A stretch of 64,000 bases of DNA, taken from the NCBI RefSeq assembly GCF_009914755.1, contig NC_060933.1; one strand, given 5' to 3'. Made by a program: the position numbers and the translations under genes. The DNA comes from the human T2T-CHM13v2.0 reference genome, Homo sapiens. The stretch's first letter is position 1. The number at the start of each line of letters is the position of its first letter. This document shows, in pieces, positions 27,638 to 38,229 of this stretch. The notes under the pieces were generated by a model, which was given only the letters and a program-made list of their open reading frames with translations, searched no databases and was not told the DNA's origin.

Positions 27638-28599
27638 TCAGATAGCTACTTAAACCCTGAGTTTCGGTTTTTCTCATCTTCAAAATGGAAATATTGATGC
27701 CTAATTCAAAGGGTGAAAATTAATGAACTATAGAAACCCCTTGGTGTATGTCTGGTCCAATAAATGGTAGCTCTTTTTAGCTAACATTTTGTAATATCTG
27801 CCCACTATCTCCTCCAAGGGATGGAGAAGTAATGCTGACTTCCAGACTAGGAAAGGTAGCGGTAGCAGAAAGTGATTTACAACTCGACATTTTTCACATT
27901 TTCTTTCCAGAGCACATAGTAAGTTCTTGTTGGTTCATTCATTCATTGAACAGTGTTTAGAAGTTTGAACAAGCTTGAACAACTTGCCATCATTTTGTTC
28001 ACTTGTATTCATCTTACTCTCACCACTAGAACTGCAAGGTCCATGAGGGCAGAGGCAGTGTCTGTTGCTGGGTGAGTGACTGGATTGACCTCAAAGCATG
28101 TCTGAAGACTGAAATGGGCCAGGCAAGGAGATGGACACTGGAGGCCTGGATTCTGGGCTCAGTCATACCTCCAAGAACATAACTTTCCCTCGATCCTGGA
28201 GTCTTCACAGACCTTCCTTCCACTGTGAGGCACTGGATAATCACTTGAGACCAGACTCAGGGAACTCCTCCCTCATGGGAAGACATTCATCCACTCCATG
28301 TCTCTGAAGCCCCAAGAGAAGGATCTGAATCCCCTAGTCTGAAGAGTCAGCAAGTTTCCAACATAGCAATCATGATAAAAAGGGAGAATTGATAAAGGAG
28401 GGAGCAGCCCCAACTCAGTAACAACAGAGGGAGGAAAATTCCAGCTAGTACGTGTACTTAATATGAAAGCAGACATGTGCCAAGACCCTGCTTTCATGGA
28501 TATTAGGTGTTCCCAAATATAAGAAACACCCATTCTTGCCCACAGGCCTCACTGGATACTATCCAAGATGTCTAGAGAATAAGAGGAAAGAGAGAATCA

Positions 28600-29065
28600 T
28601 AATATCCAAAAGGTGGAAAAAACCCAAATGTTCACCAATAGATGAACGGATAAACAAAGTGTGATATATCCATACAATGGAATATTAGTCAGCCTTGAAA
28701 AGGAATGAAGTACTGATAAATGCCACAACATGGATGAACCTTGAAAACACTATGCTCAATGAAAGAAGCTAGTCACAGTAGGTCTCTTATTATATGATGC
28801 CATTCATATGAAAGTCCGGAATAGGGAAATCTACAGAGACTGAAAGTACATTAGTATTGTTAAGGGCAAGAAGGAATATGGGAGGATAGGGAGGTGATAG
28901 CTAAAGGTTACAAGATTTCTTTTTGAGGTGATGAAAATGTTCTAAAATTAACTATGGTGATGGTTTGGCATACCTGTGAATATACTAAAACCACTGAATT
29001 GTATATTTCAAATGGTGAATTGTATGACACATGAATTATACCTCAAGAAGGTTGTTTTTTAAAAA
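28600..29065 (+). mobile_element. L1MB-type 3' end
   Basis: ggataaacaaagtgtgatatatccatacaatggaatatt...ttttgaggtgatgaaaatgttctaaaatt...gaattatacctcaa. Confidence 0.85.
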
Positions 29066-30294
29066 GACAGCATAAGGGGTAGGGGGAAGTTGAGATGAAG
29101 CAGGAAAACTGTGATCAGAAACAAAGCTCAGGGGCTGTCTGGCCTGGCTGCCCCAAGTCAAAGCCTGCATTTCATACAGGTAATGTTAGGGTAGCCCCCA
29201 AGCCATGATTCGGAAAGATAAATTGACCCCAGAAGGTATAGGGCTGGGTCCCTTCTCCCCTGACAGCTCCCTTTCTGTGTTTTTTCTGGCACAAGAAACT
29301 CTGTCATCTTGTATAAATAGGAGAAATTTATGACAGTTTTCCCTCTTCTTCTCCCTGGTGGGCTACTAGGAAAGGTCCCGGGGGAGGAGGGAGCCTGAAA
29401 TTCCAAAAATATAAATGTGGAAAGACTGGAGGGGGTCGAGGAGTCTCTTTGCCTGCCTTGACTCTGGCCCCAGCTCTCCTTTCCCTTTGCATGTTTGACC
29501 ATCTGGGTGATGCAGAGGGCAGAGAGCTGGTGCAGCCCGTTCTCTCTGCAAGCCCAAAAGAGATGGGTCCCAAAGCAGATATCCGACAGGAGGGGCACAA
29601 GGGAAATCAAGAAAATAGGCTTGGCTGTCCCATGAAATAATTGGAGGACACACAGACCACTGCCCTCCTTCCTGGATTTGGCTATTTTTGTACTTCCCTG
29701 TTTGTTGAGGCAGCCTGATACAGCGGGAAGAGAACTCGTCCTCGATTTAGAAAGATTGACAGAGAAACTAAGTGTGTGACCTTAAGCAAGTCATATCTTC
29801 TCTCCGGGCCTCACCTGTAAAAAGAGGGAGGGGACTGAATTTATCAGAGGTTTTCAAATGAGTTTAACTCTGGGGTCCTTCCTTCAAATAAAACCGTATG
29901 TAGTGACCCAACATGAACACGAGTAGTAGCCTGCTGAGCTTCTTGAAGGTAGGAATGGGAGTCAGGGCCCTGTGGTGACTGGTGAGAGGCTTGTCCAAGC
30001 ACAAGATGATCTCCATGGTCTTTCCAGCCCTGTCCTCAGGAGGGATTTGCCCCCATGGTGAAGAGGCTCAGTTCTGTACACCCAGTGGGCTTGAAATCCA
30101 GCTCCACTCCCTCTTGTGTGTCCCTCAGCACATAACTTACCTTCCTTGAACCTGTTTCCTCTTGTTTAAATTGGAATAGTAACACATATCTCAGAGGATT
30201 GTCACATAGATTACACTAAATAATGTGCATAGAGTCCTTTGCATACTATCTGGCCCAATAAATATTATTATAGTTATTCCGTGATCTGATGTAA

Positions 30295-30592
<298 letters not shown>

Positions 30593-30649
30593 TGATATAA
30601 TCTTTTTAATTTGAAATATCTGGTGTGAGAAGGTGAATTGGAAAGGATG

Positions 30650-31050
30650 ACAGCAAAACTTCTATAACACAAAGGCCCCCAAACACAGTAGCATATAGAA
30701 AACAGAAGTTTATTTCTCACTTAGTCTGGGAGGAAGTTGTTCCAGATAGCAGGCAGCTCTGTTCCTCCTAGTCAGTCAGGGACGTGTGTTCCTTTCATAC
30801 CTTTGCTTTGTCTTCTCTTAGGGATGTCTTTTCAGTTGCCTGGTCAAACCTGTGTCAGGCACATCTGCCCAGCTCATGAAAGAGAGAACACAAAGGAGAA
30901 TTTACCCAATCTGTCAGGCTTTGAGGACATGCTCACCTCACATTCCCCTGTGTCTACACCTGGCAATAAGAGCAGCTGGGAAATGGAGTGTCCAGCTGGG
31001 TGTCCCTCCACCCTCGTGCAGCAAGGAAAGAAGAGATTTTAGTGGACAAT
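30650..31050 (-). mobile_element. Old MaLR/ERVL LTR remnant
   Basis: agaagtttatttctcac...ctcacattcc...gctgggaaatggagt. Confidence 0.45.
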
Positions 31051-32499
31051 GGGCAGTCTTAATCCAGGGCTCAAACCCACGCCTGAGCTGTCCTCTTCCT
31101 CTTCTCTTCCCAAAGGAAGGGAAATAAAGTCTACAGCCCAGAAAACAATGTGACCAGCCATCCCCTACCCAATCAGGTCCCTGCCATTCATCCCAAGATC
31201 AGCTGTCTTTCTTGGGAAAGTGGCTTGGAAGCCTCTCTCCAGAAAGACCACCCTTCTGTCCATCTTCTTCACATGGGTGGATTTGAGAAAAGTTTCTGTC
31301 CCCACTGCCTGCCTGCCACTCCCTGTCTCAGTTTCAGCTCACGCTCTAGCCCTTCGTTCCCAGTCACCAAGAATGACTACAAATGCGGGGGAACAGGAGG
31401 ACTTGAAACAGTCATGGAAATTGAGACTGGGGCACAGAAGCCATGCTCAGAGGCAGCGTAGGTGAGGGTTCTGATGCCAGGAAATCCAGCTACTACTGTG
31501 TAACCTAAAGCGGGGATTAAGCTCTCAGAACTTCAATGAACTCTTTTGGAAATAGGGATAAGAAACCCACTTGTCAGGGCTGTTGTGAACATCAAATGTG
31601 ATCATGTATGTACCTAGTACATAGTATGCCTTCAATAAATGGTAAGGCAAACCCAAGGCAAATTGAATTCATGTCCATTACTCTGACCCAGCCTTTGCAT
31701 AAATTGTTTTTTCTTCTCCTTCCTTGTCAATGCATGGCTCCCTCCCTCTTCTTTACTTCCTATCCTCATTCCCCTACCATCTGAACCCTGATGTGGAATC
31801 CCTTTTCTCAGGAAATCTTCCATGATTGAAACATTCCTGCTTGGCCACTTCCCACTCCAATACTCTATCTTCGCCCATCTTCCATCTACCCCATGGTCCT
31901 GGCCCAAGTTTACACGTGTCCCATTTCTCCCTTCAAAAAGCATGCAGCAATGGAAGGGCTTTAAGTTTGCCATCAAGCAGATCAGAGTTCAGATGCCAAC
32001 TCTGCCAAGTTCTAGCTTTAGGACTTTGTCAGATCACTTCCCCTCTTTGAATCTCTGTCTTCCCAACCCTCTGGTGAGGTCAAGTGTGTGTGGGCTGGTA
32101 CATAAAGGATATTTAATCTCCTCTGCTCTACCCAACCTCCCCCAACTCACACTCCCAGGACTAACTCTCTACTAAAGGGAGTTATTAGACCAAGAAAGTA
32201 ATTCTCCCATTACCAGCCCCACCCCAACCCTGCTGAGGGAAAAAGAAGTGACTTCGAGTCTATGGGTCTTGGAGGGACCACCAACCCAAGAGCTAGAGCA
32301 GAGGAAGGACTTGGATATCCCAGATTCCAGGGTTATAGGATCTCTCCCCAAGCCCTCATATGCAGCCCCAGTTGCAGGACTAGCTTCAGGGATAGGAGTG
32401 AAAGAGTTGATCTGATTCCAGTCTTAGCCTGTAAGTAGTAGCTCACCTGTGCCTCTATTTTCAACCTTCCTAGATCAGAAGAGCAACAATATCAGTGAC

Positions 32500-32960
32500 A
32501 ACTAATGCTTACATAGTGTTTCCTATGGGATGGGCATTGTTCCAGGCTCTTCGTACATATAACTCATTTAATCCTGACAGCAGCCTTTGAGCTAGGTACT
32601 ATTAACCCCATTTTACAGACAAGGAAACTAAAGCACAAGGGGTTAAGTAACTTGCCTAGGTCATACAACTCACATAAGGCATGACTGAGATTCAAAACCA
32701 GGCCGTCTAGCTCCGGAATCCATCCTGTTAACCACTCTGCCATAAAAAGAGCTAACATTTACTGGCAGGTTCTATGTGTCAAGCACTGTGGAAAACACAT
32801 GGCATGTATTTCCTCTAATTCCAAATAACCCCCTGAGATAAGTTCTATTATTAGTATCCCTGTTTTACAGGTCAAGAAACTAAGGCAGAGAGAAAAGTTA
32901 AGCAACTTGCCCTGAGTCACACAGCTAGATATTAATAGTTTCAGAACTCCTAGCTGTTTT
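32500..32960 (-). mobile_element. Two tandem MIRs
   Basis: ccccattttacagacaaggaaactaaagc and cctgttttacaggtcaagaaactaaggcagagag cores. Confidence 0.85.
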
Positions 32961-34409
32961 GCCTCAAATCCCACCTCCCCACCCCTGCTCAAAGCCCCTC
33001 CCCTTCTAGGTGGGTTGTTTAGTTCCTATCACCAGTTCTTCACAAATCGGCTTTACTCCCCACAGCCTACAACCCTTGTTCTCCAAAACTCCTGTTGACC
33101 TCTGTCCCTTTCCCTTCCCACTTTCTCTCTAGACCCTCTGCTCCCCACAAAGTCCCCCAAACCATTCTGTCCCTCTCCCTCTGCTCCCCACCCACCCTCC
33201 CCCACAACTCCTGCTAAAACAGATGAATTTCACCAAAAAAGACCATCAGACCTTCCCCAAGCAGGCCCCCACTGTGCCTGATTGCACACCCCCAGGGGAG
33301 GCACCACAGTGGCTAAGCTGGAGAGCCAGAAATAAAATCCTCATTCTACTTCCCTGCCCCTTCTTCCCATCACTCATCTGGGAATCCAGGGCGAAGAAGG
33401 GAGCTAAAGTGCAGAGCATTCATTTAATATTAACAAATTGAAATGAATTCTTTTAATGCCAATTAACTTGGAGCGGCCCCTTATTAATAGTAATTTAGAT
33501 TCATACTTGGGAGAAGCAGGGACGAGGGCTGGGCCAAATGTGCCCAGAATGTCAATGTGACTGGGGAACTGAAAGGGGAAGGGTGGCAGTTTTACTTCTG
33601 CCCAGTTGGGTTCTGTTTCCCTGAGAGAAATGGACAGTCACTGGAGGCGGATCTTTGGGAAACATAAATTACTCTTGTAAGTTTATTTTTGTTACTTCAA
33701 GGAATCTGAATAGTTTGACGCCAAGTCACACCATTTTAAGAGTTTATTTTCACAGTAATGCTAAAAAGAAGAATTTCCTCAGAGCTGGGATTTACTTCAA
33801 ACTCTCTCCTAAGCCAAACCTTACTGACCAAAGGGACAAGTCCCCAGGCCAGCTCTCTACCCTTCTTTGTTCAGAGCTAGAGCCAGAGATCAATATGGGC
33901 TTCCCCACTCCCTGCCCCTTCTACCTTACCCAAAACTAAAAGGAAGAATCAACACTGTGTGTCTCTCTGAGAAGTCTCCCTCAGGAGATAAAAGACCCAA
34001 AGGGCTGACCCCTAAGCTAACAGCTTACATTTAAGGAAGAAAAACAATCTGCCTGCACTTTTCTTAGAATTTAGGGAAAAAAGGAGAATTTAAAATTCAA
34101 TTTCATGTATCAGAGTTCTCCAGAATACAGCCAAGTGGAAAGAACTTAGTCCCAAATGAAAAAGTTGAGCAGAAATTCTTCTCTCACTCGTTTTGCCGGC
34201 TTGGAGGTCAGACTGGAGGTGTCCTGAACTAGAACCAGAGCATAGGTTCTGACCCAAGAAGGACACTGTCTACTTCCCAGGCATCCCTCCTTGGCTGGGA
34301 GGAGAGGGGAGGATGAGTCCATTGGAAGCTGAGAATTGTGGAAGCTGGGGATGGGAGTTTTGAGATGGAGGAGGCAGGCGTGTGAAGGAGGTCAGGGAAA
34401 GGCAAGTAA

Positions 34410-35090
34410 ATCTACTAATCATTGCAGTTTATAAAATAAAAACCTTAAAAATGGTTTAACATGCAAAAGGTTAAATTTTAAAAAGAGGCCAGGTTTTAAA
34501 GAAGGTAAAATACCTCAATTTTAGACATAATAAAAATGAGGAAAATACTCAAAACATTTCAAGCAAATTGTTCTTCAGAAGAGGAGAGGTTGGAATTAAT
34601 CAAGAGACCTTTGTTACACACACATCCCCCAAGAGTTTCCCAAACAATAAATTCATTTACAAAACAAAATAGGAATCAACACAAAACCTCATCCACATAC
34701 AGAGAAAAATAAATTGTGGTGATTCTGTAACAGCTGAAAAACTAGTGAGGGAGGAGAAAAATGAATAAACTCTAAATCCATTAGGTGATATTTATAAATA
34801 GCAAAATTGGAGGATGGAATGGAGAAAAGAGTTGAACTTATCATTAAAGAAGTAACACATGTGAAAACATAAGGTGTAACTCATCCCCAAAGAAAAGTAA
34901 ACTCTCCATAAAGTAGCAAGTATAGAAATTTATTGAAAAGGAGGAAAGTACCACTCACCCCCCCAATATAAGCGTATTAATTTGAATTAAAATTTTCTCC
35001 AAATCCGAGATAGGTTACGCAAAAGAATACAAAAAGATTATTTTTCTTTCAACTAAGAGGAAAAACAAAATCCGATTTAAATTCACTAAT
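34410..35090 (+). mobile_element. AT-rich segment, probably a degraded old L1
   Basis: A-rich strand bias and composition only; no diagnostic motif recognised. Confidence 0.35.
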
Positions 35091-35176
35091 GGGACAAGAA
35101 GGGAGGCTGTGGTTTGCAGGTGCTAGTAAACGGGATGAGGGTTGTGAAGAGTTTGAGGGGTAGAGGACCAGCTTAC

Positions 35177-35560
35177 CTCGCTTTGGAGCCGCAGCGGCCA
35201 ACAGGAGTGGGCAAAGGACCCTGCCAGTGCCTGAGTGATAGGGGAAATAAGGAATAGGGGATTCGGGTGCCCCTAGACGAATGAGGAGGATGGAAAGACT
35301 GGGGGTGCCCATCTCCCCTCCTCTGCCCGCCTCCCTCCCTCCGGTACCCAGGCCTAGAGAGCTACTGAAAGTTACAAATTGCTTCCATTATTAGCTCATC
35401 CCGGGCGGCCTGGTCATTGGCCAGCCCCTGGCCACGTGGTCCCTCGTACCAATCGATCGAATTTCTAGTCGCAATTCTCTGTCTGTCCCTCAGCTCTGGG
35501 GAGAAAGTGGGGGCTGTGGCATGGGGGCTGAGGTCCAGTTTGGGGCGGGGTGGGAGAGGA
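35177..35560 (-). promoter_or_regulatory. Promoter-like element and candidate first exon of a minus-strand lncRNA
   Basis: ATTGG 35416, CACGTG 35433, CCAAT 35449, GC box 35542, local CpG enrichment; minus-strand donor GAG|GTAAG with exon end at 35177. Confidence 0.45.
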
Positions 35561-35584
35561 GTCCTTGAGTATCCTGTCCCAGGG

Positions 35585-37270
35585 CCAAACCCCCAGGAGT
35601 CCAATCTTCAAGACCTCCTTGAGCCGACTTCCGCCGATGGAGGGGGATCTTCAGGGTGCCTGCTGGGTTCTCAGGACTCCTCTTCAGATCCTAGTTTTGA
35701 CCCCTCCGGGTTAGAAAGGATGGGCTCAGCACATCTGGTGAGGCAGGCAGGTCGTCGCTGCAGCACGGAATGATCCCATGGCCCTCAAGGCGTGGTGTCA
35801 GCTGAAAGTTCACTGATCTGTGAGCCCTCTGCCTCCCTCCTCCGTTGAAAGAGCAGTGGCGTGCCCCACTTCTAAAAGCCCTGGGGCTCCTGCAAGCGGA
35901 CACCGCTTTCCAGGACAGGTGCAAACAGGGATGGTGCGAAGCCGAGGTGGAGACAATGCGATCACGCGTGGCACTGGCGTATCCCACAGCAGATGGTGCG
36001 AATGTGTGTCACCGGAGGCATATGGGGTGATGGCAAAACCAACAATGGTGTCCAGGCATGTGCCCGGTGGAAAGGGGGAACAAGTGGCCTTTCCCTGAGT
36101 GCCAAGGGAACTCAAAGAAGACCTGGGAACCTGGACGGGGCCTTTGCCTCAGTCCAAGCCACATTTTGAAATGCCTGCCAGAGGAGCACAGAGGTTTCTG
36201 CAACATTCACCCCACCCCGAAGCCTCCACCGCCCAGGTAGCCTTGACGCAACTTCCCTGCACCCGGCCCCAACCCCATCCCCAGGCCCAGCCCAGTTCCT
36301 TTGGTTTCCTGACATTTGTTACAGACAAAAGATTCAGGGAATCAGTCCACCTATGAGCAGAGGAGAGGATATCCCTCATTTGTGAGACAGGACGTGCAAA
36401 GGAAATGGGACACCACCTGTCTTAGAAGACAAGGCCAGTCATGATCACCTAGCGCTCATTCTAGGCAATCCACCCACCGATGAGGTGAAACAAGGAGACC
36501 AAAGAAGCTTCCCTGTCTGAGACACGCATGGAAGCCAAGTGTTCCAGGCTTATCAGACCTGCCCAATCCAGCAGAAACAGGTTTGGAGAGAGAAAGAGTC
36601 ATGTCGCGGATCTCCAGAAAGTGTCTCCCTGATGGACTGGGAAGCGATCTTCGTAGAAGTTATTCAGCCAGACCAAGAGGCAACTAGGCCCCTCAGAAAC
36701 AGGGGAGACAGAGCAAGAGGGAGGACAGAGCACAGGCCAGAGCCCAGGCAGGTTACAGAACCTTGCCACCGCCACAGGCATAAGGGGAGGGGTGCGAAAC
36801 GCATGACTTGTCCAGAGAGGCCAGCATTCCAGGGACAGGGATTGTTGCCGTCTTCCATTCCCGGCTTCCTCTTCAGAATTGTATCGTGGTGTGGCTTCAT
36901 TGCTCAGAGAAGAGCCGTGCAGGGGTACAACCATCTTCTTGGAGGTGTGTCTGCTCCCCTCCTGCCGGACAATGAGCTGCTGTGGGGTTTTGTCCTGGGT
37001 TGGAGTGTGGTCCTCTTGATCCTAGAAAAGAGGCCGCTCAGGATGGGGATGAGACTTCGATTGCTCCGGGACCGACGCATCTCCTCACGTGATCGAGGAC
37101 TTCACAAACCCAAAGTGGAACCGCCGTGAAAACGATGGACAACCGGCCACGGGACCCAGACAGAGACACAGAAAGAGGCTCAACAAAGACTGGCCGACAT
37201 GCAAAAAATCGCATTTTGGCAAACAGAGCACATTCGTCCAAAGACACACACACACACAGGCATACACACA

Positions 37271-37305
<35 letters not shown>

Positions 37306-37433
37306 CAACAGAGAGAGGGAAAGAAACACACAGAGGGTGAGAGACAGAGAGAGAAGAGAGAATGGGAGACACACACACACACACAGTCCTACAGTGGTGG
37401 CACAGAAACACACATCCCAGGCAACCCCTGAGG
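35585..37433. repeat. Single SST1 (NBL2/MER22)-like macrosatellite unit
   Basis: tcagacctgcccaatccagcagaaacaggtttggagagagaaa...ggatctccagaaagtgtctccctga...cagagcaagagggaggacagagc, internal CA/GA tract and ccaggcaacccctgagg, recalled as SST1; left boundary approximate. Confidence 0.72.
37243..37384. repeat. Compound (CA)n/(GA)n tract inside the SST1 unit
   Basis: Direct reading. Confidence 0.95.
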
Positions 37434-37589
37434 TTAACTAATAGTGGAAAATATGTATCTAAGAATACACTTGGAACAGAAATGTGAAAAACCGAAAGTA
37501 AGAGATATTATGAAGGAGCAAATATAAAATGACCCAGTGCTAAAGAGGCCACAAAGAAAATTGTAGAAGAAAATGACAAGAGGCATTGT

Positions 37590-37974
37590 GCCTTAATGAG
37601 TTTGTGCTTCTATATAAGAAAATACACTAGGCTGGGTAATTTCTGAAGAACAGAAATGTATTTCTCACAGTTCCATAGGCTAGAAGTCCAAGATCAAGGT
37701 GCCAGCAGGATTGGTGTCTGGTGAGGGCCTGGTCTCTGCATCCAAGATGGTACCTTGTGCACTGTGTCTTCAGGAGGAGAGGCACTGTGTCCTCACATGG
37801 CAGAAGGCGGAAGGGCAAAACAGGGGAAGCCCACTCCCTCCAGTCCTTGTGTAAGGATCCTACACCCATTTGTGAAGACTCTCCCTTCATGACTGAATCA
37901 CTACCTAAAAGCCCTACTTCCTAATCCTATGACATTGGTGATTAATTTTAGGGGGACACATTCAGAGCATAGCA
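37590..37974 (-). mobile_element. MaLR solo LTR (MST/MLT1A type)
   Basis: ctgggtaatttctgaagaacagaaatgtatttctcacagttc...aagtccaagatcaaggtgccagcag...gggggacacattcagagcatagca. Confidence 0.85.
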
Positions 37975-38229
37975 CCCTATATTCAATTTCTTAAAAATTA
38001 TTTTGTTGTTTTGCTTTTCTGTTTTTCAAATGGCTTAAGTGCACAAAATTGGATTAATCATAATCCTTGGCTCATAGTACACCTTGGCTCCTATTTCACC
38101 CTTGTCTGTGCCTGGGCCTCTGTGTAAATGTATTTGAACAATATGGTAATCACTTGTCAACTTACAACACAACCAAAGAACTAGGGTTCTGACCCTAACA
38201 TCTGCTCCTCCTCTGTCCTTTTTCCTGAT

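Noticed and set aside
36539-37441. 196-aa ORF and CV/TH-repeat ORFs
   Set aside because: Translations of SST1 satellite and its CA/GA tract
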